Shown here: positions 39,113-51,311 of the stretch, piece by piece | How positions within the stretch are numbered: position 1 is the stretch's first letter | How the letters are laid out: each line of letters opens with the position of its first letter | Origin: Hamiltosporidium tvaerminnensis FI-OER-3-3 | Lineage: Eukaryota; Fungi; Microsporidia | Assembly: GCA_022605425.2 (NCBI GenBank) | Contig: CM061248.1 | Coordinates: 930,001 to 994,000 of the forward strand | Length of the DNA stretch: 64,000 bases | Reading direction: 5' to 3' | The notes under the pieces: generated by a model | Told to the model about the DNA's origin: nothing | Seen by the model: only the letters and a program-made list of their open reading frames with translations | The model's database searches: none | Translations under genes and position numbers: made by a program

Positions 39113-41510
39113 ATGATTTATTTGCTACACATGTGTTTTCGCCTTTTAGAAGCTATTAATTTGGGAATTTTACTTATAAATCTTACTAATCTACATATAT
39201 GTACTTTAAGTGTAAATTTCATAGCTATTAACGATGATGAAAAGCCTAATATTACCATTAATAATATCGGTGTATATTTTTTGGATATGAAAAAATGCTT
39301 ATTGTTAAATATTTCTGATATGCCAAAATCTTTATTATCTTTGAATTGTATCAAAACAAATAAAATACATTCAATTGTTTATCCGAACGATCCTTTCCTT
39401 GAATTCAAATTTTTCAAGCAAAATATTATTAAAAAATATAAGAAAATTACAATATATATGAGTAAAAATGATTTTACAATAATTCGCTACTTTTGGAAGC
39501 TTTTAAAAGCAGAAGATAGCATAGTAAGTCTTGATGCTTACGTTTTTTTCGAGATTCTAAAATATCTAAGTATTTTCAGCGTAAAAAGAAATAAAAAATA
39601 TAAAAGCTTCATAAAATCCCTCGTTATCATTACAGTAATGAAAAACCAGAAACGCTTTCTAGAAAAATCAGCTGAATTTATGCTGAATTCCAGAGAATAT
39701 AATAGTTTAAATATTCTTGATATAATTGAAAGTATTTTCAAGTTTTATCTCATTAAAAAACTATTCGTTCATGTAACCTTTCATGAATATATTCCCATAT
39801 CGTTTTTAAAAACAAGATATACCAACAAAAAACTTAAAAAGCCTAAAAATTGTGTGAGTATGCAATTCGGAAATTTTTATTTTCTTTCTTATTTCTATCG
39901 ATGTCTATTATTAGATCCTATCTTATGTAATATATGGATATTAATCACCAAAATTCTTTATATCGATAAATTATATATCGATTTTTCTATATTAAATGAA
40001 GATATAGATATTGAGGTAGTCTTTGGTTCGTTAGCGCAAAACATTAACAAATTTTCAATTGGTCGTATTAGAGAAAAATCTGCCGATATTAGATAAATTA
40101 AAGAAGGTATGGTCATTTAGGACTTTATAAAGAATCTTAAACTATACTTGTTTCATTCATCAATATTTATTTTAAAAACTTTACCATATTTTAACAGTCT
40201 TCAAAAGCTTACATTAGAATTTTCCGAAATAAAAATTTACGAAATATGTAATCTCGAAAATCTTAGCGTACTCGAAAACATAAAATATATCAAAATAATT
40301 TTATGTAAACCCATTGATATACAATCGAAAATTTCATCTCATTTGCTATTAGGTTGTAAGAAAAATCTATTTGTGGATTTATCGGGTACATTACATCTAT
40401 CTGATTCTGGAAATAGTTTAAGAAATTTTTTAACATTTAATTTGAAAAATTATATAATTGGAATCGCGTTAAAACCAAATTTTTCAAATCTTGATAACTT
40501 TAATTTGACAAAGATTTTACATTATAATTTAATAACTCGTTTAAGATTGAATTTGGAAAACATAGAAGCGAAATTGCTTGAAAATTATTCATTTCTAAAA
40601 TATTTCAAATTATTGAGTAAATTGCATTTTATTAATATAATGTTGACAAATGATCTTTTAAGAATTCTTCTAAAACTAGATAATTTAAAATATATCTTTT
40701 TTGAGTGTTTTCAGATTAGTGAACCAATAGAAAGCGAAAATTTGAACTATACGAACAAATGCGTTATTTATATAGAATTTAATACTTTATTTGGCAGTCT
40801 AGACAATAATTTCTTATGTTTCATAGCTAGGTTTATAGGCTTGAAACATCTATTATTTGATATGGTCTCTATTTCATATTTCCCAGATGGAAATATTTGT
40901 CTATAACGAAATCGAAAATCTCTCAGTAGTTTCCAAATATAAAAGATTTAGAAAATAGACCAAAATTAGAATTTCTACAGTATTCCAATGAAATTAAATA
41001 TGTCAGTGAAATTCATTTCAGTGTTTTATATTTATTTTCATTATTTTTTGATTTGCAAAATCTGAAAGAACTTATTTATAAAAGCTATTATTTAAATATC
41101 AAAGATGTAACTGTATTCGAAAATTTTAAAAAATTAACTTGTCTAGAACTTAGCATTAAAGAAAATGATATTTATTTATATATTTTGCAAAAAATACTAG
41201 AATCGAGAATAAAAAAAACAATCTTCAAACTTGATATTCTTGTAAATAAGTTCAACAAATTAGATTTGATTGCGAATTTTATATTTTGAAAAACTAAAAA
41301 TTTTGAAATTAGGCGCTAAGATTTCCGATGAAAACGACAAACAAAATTTTAAATTCTTATGTCGTATGAATACTATACTTAGCGAAATATTTGTATCAAC
41401 AGATATACAAGAACTCTACTATTCCTAATCTGGAGAATTTTAAAGCCTTGAATATTAAAGATTCTTCTATAAATACAAGCAGAATTGATTGTAATAATCT
41501 TTCCCGAATA
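39113..41510 (+). pseudogene. Lineage-specific secreted LRR-like family gene, fragmented
   Basis: ORFs 39113-40096 (signal-like N-terminus), 40148-40906 and 41053-41289 are collinear. LRR-like units include FNSLQKLTLEF, LENLSVLENIKYIKI, LKLDNLKYIFFE and FENFKKLTCLELSI. End is approximate. Confidence 0.7.
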
Positions 41511-41902
41511 TAATTTATTAAAATTTAAAAAAGTATAAATTAGAAATCGATTTACATCTTTCGATAATATATCTCAAATGCTTTTATTTGTATAAACATT
41601 TTATACCTAAACTTTTCCAGATGATCTTTATTGCTTTAGATGTAAATAAATCCATTTCTCAAGAATCTGTTATAGAATCGGATTGTTAAGCACATAAATC
41701 TTTGAAAAAATAGGTATTTAATAAGTCAGTTGTCTTTGGTGAGATGTATCATCGAAAGAAATGAAATTATTTATATCCTTGTTACATCAGTAGCAATAAA
41801 CTTTTTTTATATCTTTATCCTTTACCTAAATTGAATTTATTAAATTCAATTTTACTCATTGCACTTCCACCTTCTAATTTGATCCGTAATATAATATTAG
41901 TT

Positions 41903-42045
41903 GGCGTAAGGCTAACAACTCACCCTTTAAAACAGCCTTGTTACGAAACCCGATAAGTAAACAAATCCACTTGAAAAAAAACCGGTGGGTGGTATTACTA
42001 CGGGAGGCCAAGGCTCGCACAGAGCTGTAGTGCCAATGATGAATG
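41903..42045 (+). mobile_element. RTE-derived SINE-like element, 5'-truncated copy with perfect 15-bp TSD
   Basis: aatataatattagtt at 41888-41902 and 42046-42060. The body GGCGTAAGGCTAACAACTCACCC...GGGAGGCCAAGGCTCGCACAGAGCTGTAGTGCCAATGATGAATG matches the 8937-9176 copy. Confidence 0.88.
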
Positions 42046-43808
42046 AATATAATATTAGTTTATCAAATTTTTTCATAGGGAACCTATTATTCGATATATT
42101 TATCCTTTGAGTAATCTAATCCAAGTATTTCTAAGACAAAATTATAATATAGATCTCAACACATTTATAGACTAAATTTCGGAAATTTCATATAAATTAG
42201 GATAAAGTGTTAAAACTTTAAACTGCATATATGAAGTATTTAATTCTTAGCTTTCTTCTCATCTCGAAATATAACATATTTCCATTGAAATTTTGTTCTT
42301 ATTTTATCAATAAAATTAGATATTTGACATATTAAGAGTCTGTGTGGCTTGATTTTACTCTCTTCTATGGTTTCAAAAAATATATTGAATCATAGATACC
42401 ATCTTCTTTTGTTAAAGTTACTTAATTTTTAATATTATAGAATGATTTGACTTTCGATTATTAAAATCATATACTATTGTTCAAATTTCTGCCTAAATAT
42501 TGTTTTTTATTAATCATTTATTGTAACTTGTTTTTCAAGAAGTTATATAAATCTATATTTTTTTGATAATGGGAATCAGTCAGCTGTTTAAATCTTTGAA
42601 TCTAGTTTTAGGATTTAATTGAGTATCTAAACAATTTACAAGATTTTTTAAGCCTAATCTCAGATTGTTTTAATAGAAACTCCTAATTTACATAAAATGT
42701 GGTTTTAGTTTTTCATTTTTTTAAAGGTGATTCTTCCTTTAAATATATCTATTTAGACTTTGATAAACAAATTAATCAGAAAAAATAGATTTTTAGATTC
42801 ATGACTGGTTTTACTTCGAGTCTTTGACCGAGTAGTTTGAATTCTTGACCGGTTTTTAAAGTTAAATTGACCCTTGATTCATAAAAAATATTTCCGATGT
42901 GAGAAACACCGGCTTTTCAGAAGTTAAATAATAGTTTTTTTCAGATATATCATCAATAATATATAATAAACTAAGCTTAAGCTGAATTATACCGACTAAT
43001 ATTCTTCTATATTACCTTATAAGTAATCTATATTAGCTTATCTGCCCATGATGAGTATTTAAATTATAAAAGTTAGATTTAATGATCAACTATGACTATG
43101 AATATATTCGAAGCTTCGTATATTATCTCATTTACATCAAAATTTTACGGATAATATATGAAAAGTATAGTCCACTACGGAACTCTAATCCAAAAGAAAA
43201 TTTATTTTAAAGATCTAAGAGTAAAAATCTATAATCCGAATAATCTAAATAATTCGAAGAAAGTATAAATCATACAGGTTTAGAATTTTTTTAGGCTTCA
43301 TTTTTACAAATCGGCAGAGTATTTAGTACATTTAGAACAGGTACCAGAGTCTAATTGATTCACCTTTTTTTATATAAGGTTTTGATACAGATGCGAACAA
43401 TATTCAAGAAGAAATAAAACTTTGTAATATTTAAGGAATATGAACGTTTCTCTCTGATACATTAAGATTTTCAATGACTGGTAATTGAAACTATCCGCAA
43501 TATGAAGACCCAAACCCTCAAAATAACCCACAAGTTTCTTACAAAATGATGTTGGCAGTGTATTTGCATATTGTGTTAAATTACAAATATTTATAAGATC
43601 GTTCGTCACATTTATAATTCGTATGCAGAGATATTATAAATATAAACAATACAATTATTATTGTTTATACACATATTTTAAATATTTCATCTGTAAATAC
43701 ACTGATTTAATTAAGCATATTATAAAATTGGAAATGAAAATCTAAATTAAATTTTTGATTTCAATTTAATAAGTAATTTGATCTAAAAGCTTTAGAAATT
43801 TCTATAAA

Positions 43809-43977
43809 GATAAGTATTAAGTTATTTAAAGATCTCGTTTTTCTAATTTTAGGTTTTACACTAAAGATCAAAAATTTAAATATAAATTAAAAGGATAAGT
43901 ATTAAGTTATTTAAAGATCTCGTTTTTCTAATTTTAGGTTTTACAATAAAGATCAAAATTTTAATATATATTAAAAG
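43809..43977. repeat. Tandem duplication, ~85-bp unit x2
   Basis: gataagtattaagttatttaaagatctcgtttttctaattttaggttttaca... starts at 43809 and again at 43894. Confidence 0.9.
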
Positions 43978-44069
43978 TAAGTGAAAAATATGAAAATTAT
44001 AGATTCAATCTAAGCTTATTCCAAACTAACTAAACTTTTTAGCAAAACTTATAAACAATTGCCAAGATA

Positions 44070-44212
44070 TACTTTTGATGTATCGTAATCTACTTTCCAT
44101 GTATCCCAATCTACTTTTCATTTATCCTAATCCACTTTTCATGTATCCTAATCTACTTTTCATGTATCCTAATCTACTTTTGATGTATCCCAATCTACTT
44201 TCCATGTATCCT
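44070..44212. repeat. 21-bp minisatellite (~6.7 units)
   Basis: Unit approximately tacttttcatgtatcctaatc. It produces the repetitive MYPNLLF ORF in the track. Confidence 0.92.
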
Positions 44213-44446
44213 AGACTTGTTGTATTTGAAAAAAATATATTAAGAACCAATTATATGCAAATTTATTTAAATAAATATTAAATTCAAAATAAAATCTTTA
44301 TAAAATTTTTGAACCTTTTAATGATAATGAGGCTATTATTTAGATATAAGTTAAATTCCAAATTAGGTTTTTATATAAACTTATGATTTTTTATAAAAAA
44401 ATTACAATCAGTTGAAATAATTATAAATAATACAATTATTGGATAT

Positions 44447-44622
44447 AAACACAGTACTAAAAATAATTTATTATAGAATAATAAGATATGTTCAAATTTT
44501 AAGAAATTTTTGTTTATAAATATTTGGTAAAGACAGTCCTAAAAATACCTTATTATAGAATAATAAGATCTGTCCAAATTTTAAGAAAATTTTGTTTTAA
44601 ATATTTAGTAAACACTGACTAA
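44447..44622. repeat. Tandem duplication, ~82-bp unit x~2.2
   Basis: ttattatagaataataagat.tgt.caaattttaagaaa at ~44468 and ~44550. Confidence 0.8.
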
Positions 44623-45140
44623 GATATATTAATCTGTTATTGCAACATAAAAAATCAAATTTACGTTGAATTTTCAATTATAATATTTTTCTGTTAAAAC
44701 ATTGGTTAGAGAATACAAGAATTATATATTTTGCCTTATAAAGAAAAGCGGAAGAGAAATATTTTTTCTCTAATAAAACCAATAATATTAAATATGTAGA
44801 TAATAAAAAATGATTCTATTTAGAATATAAATAAATTAATAAAGATATTGTGAAAGGTATTTGTATTTTTATAGAAACAATTAAAGAAGTTAGTTTGTTG
44901 ATAATAAAATATATCTTGTTACCTCCAGAGAGAAACTTTATTGTTTAATATCTATGAAACTTAAATTTTAATTTTATAAGAACAGAAATATAAAATAAAA
45001 ACGAGAAATTTTAGATTTCAATATTACTCTGAATTCAAAAATTTACGATTTTAAATTAAATTTTCAGAACTTCAAAAGTAAAAAAAACTTTTTAATTCAA
45101 AATATTATAATAATTAGTCAACTTATATGTTTTTTTTCTC

Positions 45141-45162
45141 AATAAAATTCTGGGTTAATAAA
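45141..45162 (-). mobile_element. Possible ultra-short 3'-terminal fragment of the R4-like element
   Basis: aataaaattctgggttaa (18 nt) is identical to the element terminus and is flanked by ttttctc at 45134-45140 and 45163-45169. Confidence 0.45.
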
Positions 45163-45338
45163 TTTTCTCTCGTTTAACTAATTTCTTCCATCACCTTCAA
45201 CTTACTTGTTAAAAATAAAAATAAAAGAATTTTTAAAACATTTTAAAAACCTACCTATTATGTTCAATCGTCTAATTTTAAAAAAAAATTTAAATCGATT
45301 TTATTTTTATTATTTTGCCGTTATAAAAAATCATTGAA

Positions 45339-46463
45339 ATGGATAATTGTAACATTATAAAAGAAAACGATTTTGTATATTTCGAAAACAAACACGATCT
45401 TAAAAAAATACGTAAAGTATCACCAAAAGAAAATATTTTTATACGAAAGTACAAATTGAACATTAATACTTCAAAATTCATTGGTTTAAAATATAACAAA
45501 TGGTACAATATTAACGGTGAGGAATTTATTGAAATAGATACAAAAGGATCTATTGAAATAGAAACAAAAGGATCTATGGAAATAGATACAACAAAATCTA
45601 TGGAAATAGAAACAAAAGAATCTATTGAAATAGATACAAAAGGATCTATTGAAATAGAAACAAAAGGATCTATTGATATTATAAATCCAGATATTCTTGA
45701 TAATTCTGATACTGAAGTAAATGAATTGGATGTACAACTTGAACCAAATAAACGAGTAAAATCAACATTTACTGTCGCTAAATACGAACTAAAGAAAAAA
45801 GATAAAAAATCAAGACAATTTATTATATATAAAGTCGAACCATCAACTTTATTAGAATTTTTAAGAAATAAAAGTGCTTTAAAAATTCATTATTTTACAC
45901 ATCCAGAACTCGCATATATTTCGATGTTTGGATCGCCATACACAAAAACACTTTTATTTGATGATTGCCAAGATTTAATCACATATACATTTATTTACAA
46001 ATATGGAAATTACAATATCGAATGTATAAAATCTTCAAAAAAGAAAATAGAAAAAACCACCACACCTGATGAAAATAACAGTAAAATAACAAAAATCGAA
46101 AAAAAACATGAAAATATCGTAGAAAGAACAATTAAATACACAAATTCCACCATAAAAACCTTCGATCTATACACTGATATATTAAATAAATATTCATTAG
46201 TAATAATATGTAGTAGACAAGATATAATAAAAATACTTCAATTCTATGATAAAAACATAACCAATAATTTAATTATTAGAACAAATCTTAAAGAATATGG
46301 AAATGAAATATTTGATTATTTATTGAAAAGTAATATTTATATAAATATTAAAATGTCAGAATTTCTATTTAGAGAATATCAGACACAACATGTTCATCCA
46401 CTGTTTAGAGGCAACTTTAGTGGATTCGTTTTAACAGCAACAAAAATAAATAAAAAAGGTTGA
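45339..46463 (+). CDS. TRM6: tRNA (adenine58-N1)-methyltransferase non-catalytic subunit Trm6/Gcd10
   Basis: 374 aa. STFTVAKYELKKKDKK resembles the KTxFSxxKYxxKK motif, and the C-terminal FREYQTQHVHPLFRGNFSGFVLTATK resembles the REYQ..THP..GGYIL motif of Gcd10. Confidence 0.75.
   Translation: MDNCNIIKENDFVYFENKHDLKKIRKVSPKENIFIRKYKLNINTSKFIGLKYNKWYNINGEEFIEIDTKGSIEIETKGSMEIDTTKSMEIETKESIEIDTKGSIEIETKGSIDIINPDILDNSDTEVNELDVQLEPNKRVKSTFTVAKYELKKKDKKSRQFIIYKVEPSTLLEFLRNKSALKIHYFTHPELAYISMFGSPYTKTLLFDDCQDLITYTFIYKYGNYNIECIKSSKKKIEKTTTPDENNSKITKIEKKHENIVERTIKYTNSTIKTFDLYTDILNKYSLVIICSRQDIIKILQFYDKNITNNLIIRTNLKEYGNEIFDYLLKSNIYINIKMSEFLFREYQTQHVHPLFRGNFSGFVLTATKINKKG
45528..45676 (+). repeat. In-frame 24-bp coding minisatellite (IEIDTKGS-like x6) inside TRM6
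   Basis: IEIDTKGS IEIETKGS MEIDTTKS MEIETKES IEIDTKGS IEIETKGS. Confidence 0.92.
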
Positions 46464-46998
46464 TTTATAATTAAAGTTTAATATTTTTTTTATAATTTAA
46501 AATTTGTATCAAGTAGTAGGTCGAGAGAGTATAAAGACATTAAAAAATATCTACTTAGAAATTGGTTTAAAAAAATCAGATGAAAATCATTACTGCTATT
46601 TTTTATGGAATATAAATCACACTGGATCTATAAATCCATAACCTTCTCTATTTAAACAGATTAAATAAAAAGTAAATTTTCAGTTGTAAATCTTTTAAAC
46701 AAAAAGATACAAGAGGAATGAAATAATCAAATAAGTAAGTTTTATATAATATAGGATAGATAGATGATAAAAATTATTTATAATTATTTATAATTATAAA
46801 ACAGAGGTATTTTAATTTCATTTAATATAATATAATTTAATATAATATAGGATAGATGATAAAATTTCTTTATAATTACTTTACAATTATAAAATATGAG
46901 TGTATTATTTAATTTAATATAGATAATAGATTGTAAATAAAAATAAAAACTTTAAAATAATTTAATTCCATTGAATATCAAATATACAATCAGTAGTA

Positions 46999-47199
46999 TC
47001 AATACCTATTTCTTAAACATTTAATAATATTTAATTCTATTTCTTTTTTATTTGTAGTTTCATATTTATTAATTTCATTTCCAGTCATTTCTATAAACAA
47101 TTTATTTCCAATTTTATAAAATACTTTTTTATTACCTAATTGTAATGAATATTTCATTTTATTTTCACAGATTTTCTTTTTTAATTTTAAAATATCCAT
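46999..47199 (-). CDS. Small hypothetical protein, weak prefoldin-beta-like resemblance
   Basis: 66-aa ATG ORF in the gene-dense block. KKVFYKIGNKLFIE resembles the prefoldin beta-hairpin. Confidence 0.35.
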   Translation of the reverse strand: MDILKLKKKICENKMKYSLQLGNKKVFYKIGNKLFIEMTGNEINKYETTNKKEIELNIIKCLRNRY

Positions 47200-47551
47200 T
47201 ACAAGGATATAAATTGGAATTTAAAAAAATATTTAAGAAATCAGAGAATCAATATTCTTTAGAAAAGAAACACTTTTTACATTAAAAAAAGATGTAAAAA
47301 ATAGAATTAAAATAATATAAATATTGAAAAATATAAAAAATAGAATTAAAATAATATAAATAAATATTGAAAAATAGAAATAAAAATAAATGAATAAATA
47401 GAAGTTAAAAAACTAAAAGATAAATTAATTAAATTAAAAAAGAAATACAAAAGAGAAATAAAAGAGAAATAAAAATAAAAAATACAAACAAGAAATACAA
47501 AAAAACCAAAGAGAAATAAAAAGAAAATAAAAAAACTTTAACTCATCAAAT

Positions 47552-48874
47552 TTAATCTTCACGTATTTCATATTCCTCTTCCTCCACCGTAGCATTCTGA
47601 TACTGTTGATACTCATTCAACAAATCATTAACATTAGATTCTGCTTCAGTAAATTCCATTTCATCCATTCCTTCTCCAGTATACCAATGAAGGAAAGCTC
47701 TTCTCTTAAACATCACCATAAACTGTTCACTGATTCTTTTAAATAATCCTTGTATTGAAGTAGAATTTCCTATGAAAGTAGCACTCATTTCACATCCAAT
47801 TGGTGGAATGTCACAGACAGCTGTCTTCACATTATTTGGTATCCATTCAACAAAATAATTGGGATTTTTAGTTTGTAAATTTAACATTTGTTCATCCACG
47901 TCTCTCATAGAAACTTTACCTCTGAAAACAGCAGCTACTGTCAAATATCTACCATGTCTTGGATCTGTAAGTACCATCATATTTCTTGCATCGAAAAATT
48001 GTTGAGTCAATTCTGCTACAGAATAATTGCTGTACTGATGAGAACCTTCTGCTGTAAGAGGAGCATATCCCGTAGTAAAAAAATGTAATCTTGGAAACGG
48101 AACCATATTTACAGCCAATTTTCTTAAATCTGCATTTAACTGACCTGGAAATCTAAGACATGTAGTGACACCACTCATAACACAAGAAACCAAATTATTT
48201 AAATCTGAGTAACCTGGAGTAGCAAGTTTGAGTGTTCGATTACAAATATTGTATAAAGCTTCGTTATCGATACAGAAAGTTTCGTCTGCATTTTCTACCA
48301 ACTGATGAATAGAAAGAGTGGCATTGTAGGGTTCTACAACGGTGTCACTTACTTTTGGAGATGGAACTACACTGAATGTACACATCATACGATCAGGGAA
48401 TTCTTCGTGAATTTTAGAAATTAAAAGTGTTCCCATTCCTGCTCCAGTACCACCCCCAAGGGAATGTGTCAGTTGGAAACCTTGTAAACAATCGGCATTT
48501 TCCGCTTCTTTTCTTACGACATCCATTACTGTATCTACTAACTCAGCACCTTCAGTATAATGACCTTTAGCCCAATTATTTCCTGCGCCGGACTGTCCAA
48601 AGACAAAATTGTCAGGTTTGAAAAGAGAACCTAGAGGTCCTGATTTTACAGCATCCATTGTTCCGGGTTCCAGGTCAATTAAAACAGCTCGAGGAACATA
48701 TTGTTTAGTGGAAGATTCGTTGTAATAAACATTTATTTGTTCGAGTTGTATGTCACTTGTACCTACATACTGACCAGAGTTGTCAATAGCGTGTTCGCGG
48801 GATATAACTTCCCAAAATTTTGTACCGATTTGGTTACCGCATTGTCCGGTTTGAAGATGAATAATTTCTCTCAT
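47552..48874 (-). CDS. TUB2: Beta-tubulin
   Basis: MREI N-terminus, GGGTGAG signature, [14 protein letters not shown] and an acidic tail. Intact and intron-less. CCC motif at 48883-48885 on the minus strand just upstream of the ATG. Confidence 0.99.
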   Translation of the reverse strand: MREIIHLQTGQCGNQIGTKFWEVISREHAIDNSGQYVGTSDIQLEQINVYYNESSTKQYVPRAVLIDLEPGTMDAVKSGPLGSLFKPDNFVFGQSGAGNNWAKGHYTEGAELVDTVMDVVRKEAENADCLQGFQLTHSLGGGTGAGMGTLLISKIHEEFPDRMMCTFSVVPSPKVSDTVVEPYNATLSIHQLVENADETFCIDNEALYNICNRTLKLATPGYSDLNNLVSCVMSGVTTCLRFPGQLNADLRKLAVNMVPFPRLHFFTTGYAPLTAEGSHQYSNYSVAELTQQFFDARNMMVLTDPRHGRYLTVAAVFRGKVSMRDVDEQMLNLQTKNPNYFVEWIPNNVKTAVCDIPPIGCEMSATFIGNSTSIQGLFKRISEQFMVMFKRRAFLHWYTGEGMDEMEFTEAESNVNDLLNEYQQYQNATVEEEEYEIRED

Positions 48875-49689
48875 TTTTTTAAGGGTAAAGGAAAAAGAAA
48901 TATTAATTTTTTGTTTTTTTTTTTTAAGAATTTTAGAAGTTAAAGGATTTGAACCTTTTTTATTTTTTAATAAAAATTTTTAAATTTAAAATGCATTTAA
49001 AAATTGTAGGGGGTTTGAATATTATGAGTGTTGAGGATAGTACTTTGTTTGGATTGAAAAAAATGTTTTTTTTCATAATCCTTTTGTATTTAAATGGTTG
49101 TATTTAGACTTAGAATTTGTCTGGCTATTTGATAATTTAAGGGTTGGTTGTGATAAAAATTGGTTTGTGCCATCTTTTCTACTTGATTTCCACAATAAAT
49201 TTTATGCCAGTTCCTGGTATTTTTTGCTTTTTTGTTTTCATTTTACATGTTTTTTACTTCAATCTATAGGCCAATTCCTTATAATTCCGAGTTATAACAG
49301 ATTAAAAGAAACAATTAGAATACCTTTCATTTGTTCATACTAGACATATGAGGTTAAAGAGGAATAGAATAAGTAAGTAAATGATTTCTATCTATGTTTA
49401 AGGTAGATTAAATTATAATTACTGGTCTGTTGGTAACTTAATATCCACTTAAACTGTTTAATTTTGCAAAAAATAAATAATTTTTGAAATTAAATATTAA
49501 ATACGACTGTATGCTTACTTGTATTTGGAGTATCATATGGCATATCTTAGGTTATTTAAAAAGAAGGACATATTTAGGTATAAAATAGTTGAGTTTAAAC
49601 CAAAAAATATGAATTGTGTAGTTATGAATTTAAGAGACATTGACATTTCTGAACTTTGACAAACATTTACGAATCGTATGATATAATTC

Positions 49690-49840
49690 TTACCTCAATG
49701 AGTGTTATCTTATTCTATTTCTTATCTAAAATATATACAAAGTAAATTATTTAGTCTTAAATATCAATTTATATTTTGGCGTTTAATTATATTTCTGATG
49801 TCATATACAAGAAATTATTGAAGAAAATGTCTCTTGGATT
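49690..49840 (-). mobile_element. Degenerate internal relic of the R4-like element (endonuclease region)
   Basis: tcaatgagtgttatcttattc...ttcttatctaaaata (49695-49733) matches the ILDKKKNKITLIE-coding segment of copies A and B. Weaker similarity continues to ~49840. Confidence 0.6.
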
Positions 49841-50555
49841 TGATTTGGATTCCCAACTGCTACGTTTCTTTCATAGTAAACAAAACTTTTCAGAAAAAGA
49901 CATATTTATTTAAAACTTACGTATATTTATATTTAAAAGTGCCCAATTATAGAAATCGTCATCAAGTTTAATTTTAGCAACGGCAGATAAGTCAATGTTT
50001 ATCGCATCATGAAGTAATTGGGTTATATCTGACCCAATTATTCAGCTTTGTGATACCCATTTACAAGATCCCATCTAATTTTTTGACTTGATTTATAATT
50101 TTTTAAAGAATAGTAGATGTTGAACGTGATCATTTAATATTGACGCTTGAGTTGGTCACACAGAGCGCATAATAAGTCGATTCTCTCGGTTTACGAACAA
50201 ACTTTCAGAAGATTCCCAATAGTATGTGCAGTTAATTACCTTAGAATATACATTGCCACTGGTGCAGGAAACATAGCTAAGTGTCTATTTTCAAGCCTGC
50301 GGAAAAATACTCCAACCAAAATCGGATTTTCTAGCATTGTATAATTTAGAATTTATTTTTATCATTTCTACCTTAAAATTTAGGGGAAAATATTATTAAG
50401 CTTATCCATCGCTTTATCAACTAAAAAAATAAGATTTCCAAGTAAGTAAATATAATCTAAATATTACGAATAAAATTATAATCATTACAAACAGATAAAA
50501 ATTGATTCAAAATAATATTGGAATATAATAAAATAAAAGAATAATAAATACCATT

Positions 50556-51311
50556 TTATAAAAACAACACAGGATCTTTATCTTTACTCGATACAATGAT
50601 TTCACATTCTTTTATATTATTAAGTAAAATAGATTTTAGTTCATTCAAATACATTCTTTCTCCATTTGTATGTTCCATAATAATAACTGCACAGTTTCTA
50701 GAAACAAAATGTAAAATATTATGGTGACTTATTTCTCCAACAACGACAACACCATTTGCAAAATCCATCATATTTTTACTGCATGCACCCACACCAACAA
50801 TTAAATTATCAAAAATAGTATCCAATGTATGGTTTGTTCCTAAAGAATATCTCATAGTTAATATATTACATTCCTTTTTTAGAATATTAATTATATCTCT
50901 TACACTTCTTACATTTGAACCCGAAACACATCCTTTACTAACAGAACCTTCATCACAATTTTTATTGTTGATTATCGTTTTGAATAAATATTTATTCATT
51001 AAAATATCCAAAGATGTGTGTGGACAAAACACAGAAATATCATTTTTAATACACAAAAATATTATTTTGTTTTCTCTATTTAATCGTTTCAAACCGCTAA
51101 ATATTACAGGATGATAGGATATAATATAGTTTATGTTGTTTCGTACACACTCATCTAATACTTCTTCTGTCAAATCAATCGTTAAAAGTATTTTTCTATT
51201 ATTTATAATTGACGTGTCGTTTTCTATTAACCAACCCACATTGTCCCAGGATGTTTCCGCTTTGGACAGCGATGCAAAATTTTCAAAAGCATTTGATATC
51301 TCAGTAATCAT
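50556..51311 (-). CDS. NIF3: NIF3 (NGG1-interacting factor 3 / DUF34) family protein
   Basis: AETSWDNVGWLIE, LLTIDLT, ISYHPVIF, HTSLD, GEISHH and EHTNGER motifs. Confidence 0.93.
   Translation of the reverse strand: MITEISNAFENFASLSKAETSWDNVGWLIENDTSIINNRKILLTIDLTEEVLDECVRNNINYIISYHPVIFSGLKRLNRENKIIFLCIKNDISVFCPHTSLDILMNKYLFKTIINNKNCDEGSVSKGCVSGSNVRSVRDIINILKKECNILTMRYSLGTNHTLDTIFDNLIVGVGACSKNMMDFANGVVVVGEISHHNILHFVSRNCAVIIMEHTNGERMYLNELKSILLNNIKECEIIVSSKDKDPVLFL

Noticed and set aside
44075-44281. 68-aa MYPNLLF-repeat ORF, or CRISPR-like array
   Set aside because: It is a by-product of a 21-bp minisatellite. There are no unique spacers and the context is eukaryotic.
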